Counted from the first letter of the stretch, positions 17,616 to 26,457 are shown. The stretch is DNA of 64,000 bases from Gaiellales bacterium (GCA_038237665.1 JBBRYK010000006.1:4907-68906); one strand, 5' to 3'. Notes: generated from the letters alone by a model not told the origin. Numbers and translations are program-made.

Positions 17616-18953
17616 TCAGGAGTTGTACGGCTTGAGCTTCGCCTGGATCGGCACGCGCTTGTCGTCCGCGTGTTCCGTGATCGGGAGGTCGAGCTTGAAC
17701 TTGCCCGACTTCGCCTTCACCCACTGGTCGCCGATGATCGGTGTGTTGACCACGTTCGGAATCGGGAACTTGCCCCAGTTGAGCTGTCCGAGAGGCGTCG
17801 CGACGTTCAGCTTGCGCATCGCGTTGGACACCGCGGTCTTGTTCTTGGGGTTCCCGGCCTTCTGGAGCGCGGCGACCGCGACGTCGAACAGCGCTGCGCT
17901 GGAGCCGAGGTTCTGGTTCCACTGCCGCCCCGTCGTCTTCGTGTAGCCGTCGGCGAGCGCCTTCGCGGAGAGGCCGGTGAGGTTCCACTTGTATGGGAAC
18001 ACCGGGTGCCAGTACGCGGCCGACGCGAGGTTGTACCCAATCGAGCCGAGCGCCTCCACCTGCGACGGGAAAAGTCCCGTCTTGGCGATCTGTGCGATCT
18101 TCACCATCCGGGTATAGCCCTGCTGCGCGGCCTGGCGCCAGAAGGTGGCGAAGTCGGGGGGGATCGGGAACGTGTTGAAGATCTCACAGTTCTCCGCCTT
18201 GAACTTCGCGATCTGCGCGGAGTAGTCGGTCGTACCGTCCTCGTATGCGCCCGGATCGACGATCGTGTAGCCGGCCTTCTTGAGCAGCGGCCCGAGCGCG
18301 GCGCGGATGGCGTTGCCGTCGGCGTCGTTCGGCCACATCACGCCGACCTTCTTGTTGGTGGAGATCGCCTTCCACTGCGAGATGTAGGCGTTGGCGAAGT
18401 CCTGCACGCCGAACGAGAAGTGGAAGGTCGACTTGAAGCCCTTCTTCGGGTCGCCCTTGCGGCCGAAGAACCACGCCTCCCACGGCTGCACCGTGGAGAC
18501 GCAGGGCACGCCGGCCGCCTCGGCCGCGTCGGCGACCGGGTTGTTCGTCTCCGGCGTCGACGTCGAGAGGATCAGGTCGACCTTGTTCTTGTTGATCAGC
18601 TCGCGAGCGAGCTGGCCGGCACGGACAGGGTCTGAGGTGGTGTCCTTGTCGATGATCTGAACGGCGTACTTCTTGCCGTGGATCGTCAGGCCGCCGGCGA
18701 GCTTCTTCCGGGCGAGGCCGAGGATGTACGGATCCGGCTCGCCGAAGCCGCCGAGCGGGCCGGTGCGCGGGCTGATGAACCCGATCTTCAGCGTGCTGGC
18801 CGCATCAGCTTGCTCCGTGACCCGGATGCTCCCCAACGCGCGTCCCGCGAACGCCCCCGAGAGAGCAAGGCCCGCAAGGCCGGCGCCACCCCGCTTCACC
18901 AGCTCTCGACGCGAGACCGCTGTCTCGAGAATGCCCTCGTGCTCGTCCGACAT
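17616..18953 (-). CDS. ABC transporter substrate-binding protein (type I periplasmic binding fold) with Tat-type signal
   Basis: 445 aa. SRRELVKRGGAGLAGLAL twin-arginine leader; unusually Lys-rich for this genome. First gene of the long minus-strand array. Confidence 0.9.
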   Translation of the reverse strand: MSDEHEGILETAVSRRELVKRGGAGLAGLALSGAFAGRALGSIRVTEQADAASTLKIGFISPRTGPLGGFGEPDPYILGLARKKLAGGLTIHGKKYAVQIIDKDTTSDPVRAGQLARELINKNKVDLILSTSTPETNNPVADAAEAAGVPCVSTVQPWEAWFFGRKGDPKKGFKSTFHFSFGVQDFANAYISQWKAISTNKKVGVMWPNDADGNAIRAALGPLLKKAGYTIVDPGAYEDGTTDYSAQIAKFKAENCEIFNTFPIPPDFATFWRQAAQQGYTRMVKIAQIAKTGLFPSQVEALGSIGYNLASAAYWHPVFPYKWNLTGLSAKALADGYTKTTGRQWNQNLGSSAALFDVAVAALQKAGNPKNKTAVSNAMRKLNVATPLGQLNWGKFPIPNVVNTPIIGDQWVKAKSGKFKLDLPITEHADDKRVPIQAKLKPYNS

Positions 18954-19048
18954 GAATGCCCTCCCTCAAACCGTTTACGGAGCCGCGGAACCTACGACGC
19001 GAAAAACCTACGACACGGAATGTCCACCCGTCAAGACACTGTTCTACT
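18954..19048. promoter_or_regulatory. divergent promoter/operator region between the catabolic array and iclR
   Basis: 95-nt spacer with a direct repeat AACCTACGAC at 18989-18998 and 19005-19014. An inverted repeat TGTTC-N8-GAACA (19040-19057) spans the iclR ATG. Confidence 0.35.
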
Positions 19049-19858
19049 ATGCGGAACATCACGTCCTCGTCCGCGAACGGCCACTCGCAGTCGCTCGAGC
19101 GCGGCCTCGCCGTGCTCTCGGCTTTCCGCCCCGCACGTTCGCACCTCGGCGTCAGCGAGCTCGCCCGCGAGGTCGGCCTGACCCGCAGCACCGTCCATCG
19201 CTACGTGGCCACGTTGAGCGCGCTCGGGTATCTCGAGCAGGACGCCTCGACGCGGAAGTACCGGCTCGGCCCGCGCGTCCTCGACCTCGGTTTCTCCGCG
19301 ATCAACTCGATGGAGCTGCGCGAGATCTCGGCGCCGCACCTGCGCGAGCTGAGCGACGAGACGGGCCATACCGTCAACATGGCCATTCTCGACGGCGTCG
19401 ACATCGTCTATGTCGAACGCTGCCGAAGCTCGCGAGAGGGTCAGCAGAACATCGACCTCGATCTGCACGTCGGCTCTCGGCTGCCCGCGTACTGCACGTC
19501 CATGGGCAAGGTGCTGCTCGCGTTCCTTCCTGAAGACGAGCGCTCCCGGCGGCTGGATCGGATCGAGCTCACCCAGCGTGGTCCCAACACGATGACCGAC
19601 ACGCGAACCCTGCGGGCCGAGCTCGAGCGCGTTCGGGATTCCGGCCTCGCAATCAACAACGAAGAGCTCGCCTACGGGCTGCGTTCGATCGCCATGCCCG
19701 TCCGCGGCCGCGAGGGCGAGGTCACGGCGGCGATCAACCTCGCCGTCCACCGCTCGATGATGTCGATGAAGGATCTCGTGGGGCGGCTGAGCCCACCCCT
19801 GCGGCGGGCCGCCGACATGATCTCCGCCCGCGCCGGGTATCGCCCGAACGGCGTCTAG
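19049..19858 (+). CDS. IclR-family transcriptional regulator (PcaR/PobR-like candidate)
   Basis: 269 aa from MRNITSS. Winged HTH (LGVSELAREVGLTRSTVHRYVATL) plus an IclR effector domain. Divergent from the catabolic array. Confidence 0.85.
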   Translation: MRNITSSSANGHSQSLERGLAVLSAFRPARSHLGVSELAREVGLTRSTVHRYVATLSALGYLEQDASTRKYRLGPRVLDLGFSAINSMELREISAPHLRELSDETGHTVNMAILDGVDIVYVERCRSSREGQQNIDLDLHVGSRLPAYCTSMGKVLLAFLPEDERSRRLDRIELTQRGPNTMTDTRTLRAELERVRDSGLAINNEELAYGLRSIAMPVRGREGEVTAAINLAVHRSMMSMKDLVGRLSPPLRRAADMISARAGYRPNGV

Positions 19859-20970
19859 CCCCAGACCTCCGACGCGACCTCGACGAGCAGCCGCAGCTTC
19901 GCCACCTGCTCCTCGTAGGTGAGCGCGTTTCCCTCGACGGTCGAGGAGAAGCCGCACTGCGGCGAGAGGCACAGCTGCTCGAGCGGCGCGTACCGTGACG
20001 CGTCCTCGATCCGGCGCTTGAGCTCGTCCTTCGATTCCAGGTCTCCCCGTTTGGTGGTCACGAGCCCGAGGACGACGCGCTTGTCGCCCTTCGGGAGGAA
20101 CCTCAGCGGCTCGAAGCCGCCCGAGCGTTCGTCGTCCCACTCCATGAAGTAGCCGTCGACGTCGAGCTCGTTGAGGAGCGCCTCCGCGACGAAGTCGTAG
20201 CCGCCTTCCGCGACCCAGGAGGAGCGGAAGTTGCCACGGCACATGTGCGTCGTCACGGTCATGCCGGCCGGTCGGCCGTCGAGCGCCGCGTTGACGTGCC
20301 GGATGTACTCCAGGTGTTGCCGTTCCGCATCGCCGCCGATCGACTCGACGTACCGGCGCTGCTCCGGATCGTTCAGGTAGGCGAGGCTCGTGTCGTCGAG
20401 TTGAAGGTACGTGCAGCCGAGCTCACCGAGCCGGCGGAGTTCGTCCCTGTAAGCGGCGACGAGGTCTACCCAGAACTCCTCGACATTCGGATAGACGCTC
20501 TCGTCGATGGCGCCGCGGCCGCCGCGGTAGTGAACCATGCTCGGCGAGGGAATGGTGAGCTTCGGCGTCGCCGTGCCACAGGTGCCCCGGAGGAAGCTGA
20601 AGTCGCCTCCGAAGATCGTTCTGGACAGGCCGATCCGGCCGTCCACGTGGAGCGCAGCGGCCATGAATTCGAGATCGCCCTGCTCATTGTGAAACGTCAC
20701 CTTGACTTTGTCGTCGGCGGTCGAGATGCCGTCGAGCTGGTAGATGAAGTCCATGTGCCAGGAGCTGCGGCGGAACTCCCCGTCCGTGGCCGACTGCAGG
20801 CCCACGCTCTCCTGCATCGCCACTGCTCCGCGGATCGCCTCGTTCTCGGCTGCGCGAAGCTCCCCGGCGTCGATCCGCCCTGCCGCGAGGTCCGCCCGAG
20901 CCTGAAGAAGTGCCGGCGGCCGGAGCAAGCTGCCGACGTGATCCGCGCGAAACGGCGGCCGCTCGAGCAT
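19855..20970 (-). CDS. cobalamin-independent methionine synthase (MetE C-terminal domain) family protein
   Basis: 371 aa: FRADHVGSLLRP...HMCRGNF...LSPQCGF pattern of MetE-like Zn methyltransferases of about 370 aa. Confidence 0.85.
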   Translation of the reverse strand: MLERPPFRADHVGSLLRPPALLQARADLAAGRIDAGELRAAENEAIRGAVAMQESVGLQSATDGEFRRSSWHMDFIYQLDGISTADDKVKVTFHNEQGDLEFMAAALHVDGRIGLSRTIFGGDFSFLRGTCGTATPKLTIPSPSMVHYRGGRGAIDESVYPNVEEFWVDLVAAYRDELRRLGELGCTYLQLDDTSLAYLNDPEQRRYVESIGGDAERQHLEYIRHVNAALDGRPAGMTVTTHMCRGNFRSSWVAEGGYDFVAEALLNELDVDGYFMEWDDERSGGFEPLRFLPKGDKRVVLGLVTTKRGDLESKDELKRRIEDASRYAPLEQLCLSPQCGFSSTVEGNALTYEEQVAKLRLLVEVASEVWG

Positions 20971-21044
20971 CGCGAGAGGCTAGTCGAGGAACTAGGATCG
21001 CGAGTTGGAGGCCTGGCCGACCCGTTCTCAACCGCGACGCGATC

Positions 21045-21308
21045 ATGCTCAGGGACGCTATTGCCGAGTTGGAGTCGACAGCTCGGCGGCTGGATCCTGG
21101 GCAAGAGCAGCGGGACGACCTGTGGGGCGCTGTAGGGGCTCACGTTCTCGGGAACCTCTCGAGCCTCGGGGAGGCCGCTGCGTTCTCGACCGACGGGGTG
21201 CCCGACGCTGAGGCATTTGCAATCGCGGAGACGCCGACAGAAATCGCCGATGCGCTGATAACGATCAAAGCCGTGGAGCAGACCGGCATCAACCAGGCGT
21301 CGGGGTGA
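21045..21308 (+). pseudogene. possible 5' fragment of a PLP-dependent decarboxylase gene
   Basis: 87-aa ORF MLRDAIAELESTARRLDPG...GINQASG. It stops where such enzymes continue (GHLGYIPGG as I recall) and the next gene starts 3 nt later. Weak, memory-based match. Confidence 0.3.
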
Positions 21309-21311
21309 GAC

Positions 21312-22262
21312 GTGCCACGAATGATGGCGCCCTTCAGGCCTAAACGACAGACCCTGGTCGTCGCGGCGCTCGTCGCCGTCATCCTCGTCCTGGTCTACGG
21401 CGGCGTTTCCTGGGTCTTCTCGGACAAGCTGATCGCGCAGACGTTCAAGCCCCTCGGCCCCGTCGACCTGGCCGCCTTCGGGCTGCCCCAACCCGAGGAG
21501 GCAACCATCCCCGGGGACGGCGGAGCCACGTTGGCAGCCTGGTATTTCGCCAATCCGCGGCACGAACGCTGTGCCGTGGTGATGCTGCACGGCTTCGGCG
21601 GCAGCAGATCCGAGATCATCGCCGCCACCCCGATCTTCTGGGGCCGCGGCTGCGACCTCCTGCTCTACGACGCCCGTGGACACGGCGAGAGCTCACCCTC
21701 CCTCCTCACCTACGGCGCCCACGAGCGGCAGAATCTGCGCCTCGCGATCGACTGGCTGGCCGGCAAGAGCGGGCTGCCGCGGATGCGGATCGGGCTGATC
21801 GGGTGGTCGTACGGTGCCGCCACCGCGATCCAGGCGGCCGCCGAGGTCTACGACGTCGCCTTCGTCGTCGCCGATTCTTCTTATTCCAGCCTCGGCGACA
21901 TCGCCCGCGCGCAGGCCGGCAAGCAGTTCGGGGCGTGGGCCAAGCTCTTCGTCCCCGGCGCCTTGCTGGTCTCCGGGCTGCGCGCCGGCTTCGACGCCAG
22001 GGACGTCGCACCGGCGAACGCGATCCGAGACGTGCAAGCGCCTGTATTGCTGATCCACTCCCGTCAGGACCGTTTCACTCCGGTCGGGCAATCCGAACGC
22101 ATCTACGCCCACAGCAACAAGAACCGCACCCGGCTCGTCATCCCGGCCTGGGAAGCGGAGCACGGGCATTCCTACACGACCAACGCGGTCGGCTACACCG
22201 CCGTGGTCGACCGCTTCCTGCAGACGTTGGCCCCCGGGTTCGGCGTGCGCCTCAAGCGGTGA
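21312..22262 (+). CDS. membrane-anchored alpha/beta hydrolase
   Basis: N-terminal TM (LVVAALVAVILVLVYGG), HGFGG oxyanion region, GWSYG nucleophile elbow, and a late Asp/His (SRQDRF, EHGH). Confidence 0.8.
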   Translation: MPRMMAPFRPKRQTLVVAALVAVILVLVYGGVSWVFSDKLIAQTFKPLGPVDLAAFGLPQPEEATIPGDGGATLAAWYFANPRHERCAVVMLHGFGGSRSEIIAATPIFWGRGCDLLLYDARGHGESSPSLLTYGAHERQNLRLAIDWLAGKSGLPRMRIGLIGWSYGAATAIQAAAEVYDVAFVVADSSYSSLGDIARAQAGKQFGAWAKLFVPGALLVSGLRAGFDARDVAPANAIRDVQAPVLLIHSRQDRFTPVGQSERIYAHSNKNRTRLVIPAWEAEHGHSYTTNAVGYTAVVDRFLQTLAPGFGVRLKR

Positions 22263-22269
22263 CGGGGAA

Positions 22270-22680
22270 ACGTGATCCTTGGCCCAGGCAGCGACGTTGT
22301 TACAACGGGAGCCGCGACAGGCGCCCGCGAAGCCAAGTCCGGTGCTCGAAACGATCACCAAGCGCTGCCGGGCGTGCGGATGCGGCTGATTGACTTCCAT
22401 CACCTTCAGCCCCGATGTCGCCAGCGCCGCACCAAGCGGCTCGCGAAGGCGCCCGTCGACTCACTCCGACCGGGTTGATCTGGCCGTGGCGGCGCACCCA
22501 TGAGACCAGATCCCGGTGCCCCGCTGCCGTCGTCGAAAAGACACGCGTGCCGAGCAGCGGTCGGTCAGATCGAGAGCACCGCTGCGCGGTGCGCGTCGGT
22601 GTTGGCGTGCTCGACAAGAGCACGCCGAGCGAGCTTCGCGGCGTGCTCGCCAAGCGGGTATGACGCCTGCTTCAGGAGCC
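22270..22680 (-). mobile_element. IS110-family transposase remnant (N-terminal third, several frameshifts)
   Basis: Pieces in three minus-strand frames: ...TDAHRAAVLSI / LLGTRVFSTTAAGHRDLVSWVRRHGQINPVGVE / STGAFASRLVRR / KVMEVNQPHPHARQRL. These follow the DEDD-transposase N-terminal order as I recall it. No intact ORF; boundaries are approximate. Confidence 0.45.
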
Positions 22681-22690
22681 GCTCGAAGAC

Positions 22691-24010
22691 TCAGTGTCGT
22701 TCACCTGGGAGGGGGAGCTTGACAGTGAAGCTGGTTCCCGTGTGGGGGCGGTTGAGGATTGTGACTGAGCCGTCCATCGCCTCGGTCAGCTCTTTGACGA
22801 TTGCGAGGCCGAGGCCGCTGCCGAGGCGGCGGTTGTGGCTGTAGCGCTCGTGGAGGTAGAAGCGTTCGAATGCGCGGGGGAGGTCGTGGCTGTCGATGCC
22901 TGGTCCGCTGTCGTTGACGATGAGCAGGCCGGGTTCGACGGTGACGGTCACGCTGCCGCCGGCCGGGGTCGAGCGGAGCGCGTTCTCGATCAGATTGGAG
23001 AGGACCTGGAGCAGGCGGTCGGGGTCTCCGACGGCCGAGGCTTCTGCCGCGCCGGCGATCTCGAGGCTGACATCGAGCGCGTCGGCCTGGTTCTGGTAGC
23101 GGGCCGCCGCGTCGTGTGCGACCTCGACGAGGTCGAGCGGCTCTCGCTTGACGGTGAAGGTGTGCTGGTTCAGCCTGGCGAGGTCGAGCAGGTCTTGGAC
23201 GAGCCGCTTGAGTCGCTTGGCCTCGCGCACGAGAACGTCGGCTGCGGTCTTGGGTTCGATCACGCCTTCGCTGATCGCCTCGGCGTGGCCGGAGATCGCG
23301 GTCAGCGGCGTCTTCAGCTCGTGGCTGACCGAGAGCAGGAAGGCTTTCTCGGTCGCGCGGGCGCGGTTGAGGTCGGCCGCCATCTCGTTGAACGCTTCGG
23401 CGAGGGCGACGGCTTCGTCGGGACCTGTCGCGGGGATGGGCGAAGGGTGGGCGCCGGCGGCGAGCTTGCGGGCGGCGGCGGCGACACGCCCGACTGGGCG
23501 CGCGATCGCTTGGGTCAGTAGGAGCGCGAAGATGGCCGCCAGGCTGGCGCCGATCAGGCCGGCGACGAGCAGGCTGATCGCGAATGGCCGCCCGTCGGCG
23601 GCCTCGAGGCGGGCGGATCGCAGCAGGATGACGACCCTGCGATCCGCGCGCCGGGCGGCGTAGAGGAACTTGCTTCCGCGGATGGTGAGGGTGCCGTCCG
23701 CAGGCCAGCCGGAGCGGAGCGCTGCGGCGCCGCTTGGAGGAAGGAGGAGCGCGGCCTGGTCGAGTGAGACGATCGAGAGGCGCTGCTCCTGGGTGGCGAG
23801 GAAGAGACCGAGGTTGGCGATCGGCGTGGAGGTGTTCGGTGCGGCCCGTGCCTGGACGGCGAGCAGGTCGGCTTGCCGGTCGAGTGATCTGCGCGCCTCG
23901 TGTGTGGCGGAGCGGCGGACGAGGAGGGCGCCGATCCCGACGGTCACGAAGATCGAGACGAGTACCGCGCTGACGGCGCCCAGGAAGAGCCGCGCGCGCA
24001 GTGAGTTCAC
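22691..24010 (-). CDS. sensor histidine kinase (two TM segments, HAMP, HisKA, HATPase)
   Basis: 439 aa with H-box SVSHELKTPLT, N-box LSNLIENALRST and G-boxes DSGPGI / GSGLGLAIV. GTGA overlap with the regulator stop. Confidence 0.9.
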   Translation of the reverse strand: MNSLRARLFLGAVSAVLVSIFVTVGIGALLVRRSATHEARRSLDRQADLLAVQARAAPNTSTPIANLGLFLATQEQRLSIVSLDQAALLLPPSGAAALRSGWPADGTLTIRGSKFLYAARRADRRVVILLRSARLEAADGRPFAISLLVAGLIGASLAAIFALLLTQAIARPVGRVAAAARKLAAGAHPSPIPATGPDEAVALAEAFNEMAADLNRARATEKAFLLSVSHELKTPLTAISGHAEAISEGVIEPKTAADVLVREAKRLKRLVQDLLDLARLNQHTFTVKREPLDLVEVAHDAAARYQNQADALDVSLEIAGAAEASAVGDPDRLLQVLSNLIENALRSTPAGGSVTVTVEPGLLIVNDSGPGIDSHDLPRAFERFYLHERYSHNRRLGSGLGLAIVKELTEAMDGSVTILNRPHTGTSFTVKLPLPGERH

Positions 24011-24705
24011 GGCGTTCGCTGGCTCGCGGGTTGGATTGCCTTGTAGCCGACCCTGCGGATCGTCTGGATCAGCTCTGGCCTGCCGAGCTTGCTGCGCAGC
24101 TGTGCGATGTGGACGTCAACGGTGCGTGTGCCGGCGGGGTACTCGAGGCCCCAGACTTTGTCGAGCAGTCGGTCGCGCGAGACGACCAGGCCCTTGTTCT
24201 GGATCAAGCAGGCAAGCAGATCGAACTCGCGTGCGCGTAGTTCGACGGGATGCCCGGAGACCGTGACCTCGCGCGCGTCGGCGTCGACGATCACGTCCCC
24301 GAGGATCAACGTGCCGCCCTGCGCGACGGTTTCGGTGCGGCGCAACACCGCCTTGATCCGGGCAACGAGCTCGCCTGGGGAGAAGGGCTTCGTGATGTAG
24401 TCGTCGGCACCGAGCTCGAGTCCCCCGATCCGGTCGGCCTCGCCGTCGCGGGCGGTGAGCATGATGATCGGCACGATCGATCCGGCCCGCATGCGCCGGC
24501 AGAGGTCGAAGCCGTCGCCATCGGGGAGGCCGATGTCGAGGACGATCAGCTGCGGCCGCTCACGGTTGAACTCGGCGAGCGCCTCGGCGCTGGTGGCGGC
24601 CCAGCTGACGCGGAAGCCCTCGCGCTCGAGGTAGGCGCGTACGAAGGAGGCGATCCCCTCCTCGTCCTCGACGATCAGGACGCTGGGCCCGTTCACGACC
24701 ACCAT
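24007..24705 (-). CDS. OmpR-family response regulator
   Basis: 232 aa from MVVVNGPSVLIVEDEEG. Receiver Asp in LIVLDIGLPDGDG and a winged-helix C-terminus (RTVDVHIAQLRSKL...IRRVGYK). Confidence 0.9.
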   Translation of the reverse strand: MVVVNGPSVLIVEDEEGIASFVRAYLEREGFRVSWAATSAEALAEFNRERPQLIVLDIGLPDGDGFDLCRRMRAGSIVPIIMLTARDGEADRIGGLELGADDYITKPFSPGELVARIKAVLRRTETVAQGGTLILGDVIVDADAREVTVSGHPVELRAREFDLLACLIQNKGLVVSRDRLLDKVWGLEYPAGTRTVDVHIAQLRSKLGRPELIQTIRRVGYKAIQPASQRTP

Positions 24706-24724
24706 GCCAAAGGTGTGAGGCTCG

Positions 24725-25582
24725 TTATAGGGCTCCGAACGCCCAGAGCTCGCGGCGGGCTCCGGTGCGGGCGACGGTGACGAAGCCGGGCTTGAGCTGC
24801 CCGATCGAGCCGCGTGCTCCGTTGAAGAAGACGCGCGTCTTCGCGGTGACCGCGATTCTGACGGTGCCGCCCCCTTCGGTGCGGAGCGCGATCGCCTGGC
24901 CGGTGACCGTGGCGATCGTGCCGCGGTAGAGATGCGCACTCGCTTGGCGCGGCGGTGAGAACGCGAACAGCTCGCGCAAGTGGATCGCTTTCTTCTTGCC
25001 GTTGTCCTCGGAGCTATCCGCCGTCGGGCGTACCACGACGACGTGGCCGGCCTTGAGCTCGGAAATCGACGAAGGCTCGCCGTCGAGGTGGAGTTGCGTC
25101 GCTCCGTCGATCACCATGGTGACGCTCTTGCCCTCGCTGACCAGCACGAGTTGGTTGTGTGAGACGGTGCGCAGAACACCAGCCAGGGGCTTGCCCGAGT
25201 GCGGCGGGGTGTGTGCCGGGGAGAAGGCGTCAACCTCCTGCGCCGCCTGCCCGCTCTTGCCACGCTCGGTCACCACGGCCACGAAGCCGGGTCGCACATC
25301 GAGGATCGAAGCCGGATGGCCGTCGACGAGCACACGCGTGCGCGCATCGACGGCCACGGCGACCGTGCTCCCGTCGAGCGTCTTCAGGACGAGCCCGTCC
25401 GCCGACACCGATTGCACAATCCCGCGCTCGCTCGACGGTCGGTCCCGGCTCGAGGACGGCGTATTCCCCGCCGGCAAATCGGCGGGTTTCCCTGCGCTAC
25501 CGGCTGACGAAGTGCCCGACCAAACGAGCCCGAGCGCAGCAGCGCACACGGGCAGCCAGACTCTCCATCGCCCCGGTTTCAT
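24725..25582 (-). CDS. secreted protein with three tandem DUF5666-like repeats
   Basis: Signal peptide, then three ~70-aa repeats of the form G-x-V-x-x-V-(8-10 aa)-L-x-T-x-x-G-x-x-V-x-V-x-V-x-x-x-T-x-V-x-x-x-G, each ending AFSP/AFGA. First gene of the RR-HK operon (19-nt gap). Confidence 0.75.
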   Translation of the reverse strand: MKPGRWRVWLPVCAAALGLVWSGTSSAGSAGKPADLPAGNTPSSSRDRPSSERGIVQSVSADGLVLKTLDGSTVAVAVDARTRVLVDGHPASILDVRPGFVAVVTERGKSGQAAQEVDAFSPAHTPPHSGKPLAGVLRTVSHNQLVLVSEGKSVTMVIDGATQLHLDGEPSSISELKAGHVVVVRPTADSSEDNGKKKAIHLRELFAFSPPRQASAHLYRGTIATVTGQAIALRTEGGGTVRIAVTAKTRVFFNGARGSIGQLKPGFVTVARTGARRELWAFGAL

Positions 25583-25795
25583 CTGCCTCCTAGGTTGCCC
25601 GAAAAAGTCATCCGTGCCTACGCGGTTTGCAAGCGGCGCGTAAAAAAGTCCGCAATCGCAGCGTCTGAGCGCTCAGTTTACGCCCCGAATACACGCGACG
25701 ACCTCAGCGGCCGACGTGTGCCGACAGAATGAGGTGATCGGAAATAACGGCAAGCAGGAGGTACTCACCTGCGCAAACCAAGAAGGGGAGGACTC

Positions 25796-26416
25796 ATGAA
25801 GCGAGCACTATTTCTGTTGTTCGTCGGCTTGCTCGCGGGGAGCGTGTTGGCTTCGGCTCAAGCGGCGCACAAGCCGCCGTCTGCGAAGAAGACGACGATC
25901 TGTCACCGCACACATTCAGCGACGAATCCTTACGTGACCTTGAGGGTCTCGACCGCCGCCCTGGCGGGACACATGCACCACTCGGGGGACATCATTCCTG
26001 CACCTGCAGGCGGTTGCCCGAAGGTCGCGATCGACCCCCATCACGGTGGTCATCTGCTCACGGCGACGCTGACGGGTCATGCGGAGGTTCCCGGCCCCGG
26101 CGACCCGGACGGTAGCGGTACAGCTTCGATTCGGCTGACAGGCGGCGAGGGCAGGCTGTGCTTCGAGCTGACGGCGAAGAACATCGTGCTACCGGCAACG
26201 GGCGCCCACATCCACCAGGGCGGAGCAACCGTGGCCGGACCGATCGTCGTCCCGCTGTCACCACCGGATGCCGGCGGCAGCTCGGCCGGCTGCGTTTCGG
26301 TGGATCGCGCACTGGTCGCGGCGATCCTTACGAATCCCGCCGGCTATTACGCGAACGTCCACACCTCGGACTATCCGGCCGGCGCAATCCGCGGCCAGCT
26401 GCAGCTGGTTCCGTAG
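25796..26416 (+). CDS. secreted CHRD-domain protein with a His/Cys-rich N-terminal module
   Basis: Signal peptide, then KKTTICHRTHSATNPYVTLRVSTAALAGHMHHSGD. CHRD-like segment: LTGHAEVPGPGDPDGSG...AHIHQGGATVAGPIV...YYANVHTSDYPAGAIRGQL. SD GGGGAGG precedes the ATG. Confidence 0.8.
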   Translation: MKRALFLLFVGLLAGSVLASAQAAHKPPSAKKTTICHRTHSATNPYVTLRVSTAALAGHMHHSGDIIPAPAGGCPKVAIDPHHGGHLLTATLTGHAEVPGPGDPDGSGTASIRLTGGEGRLCFELTAKNIVLPATGAHIHQGGATVAGPIVVPLSPPDAGGSSAGCVSVDRALVAAILTNPAGYYANVHTSDYPAGAIRGQLQLVP

Positions 26417-26427
26417 CAAGGCCCGAG

Positions 26428-26453
26428 GAGGGGGGAGGCGAGCCTCCCCCCTC
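26428..26453 (+). terminator. perfect 12-bp GC hairpin after the CHRD gene
   Basis: GAGGGGGGAGGC-GA-GCCTCCCCCCTC, 12 nt after the TAG stop. There is no strong T-tract. It directly abuts the truncated integrase fragment. Confidence 0.5.
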
Positions 26454-26457
26454 TCTA

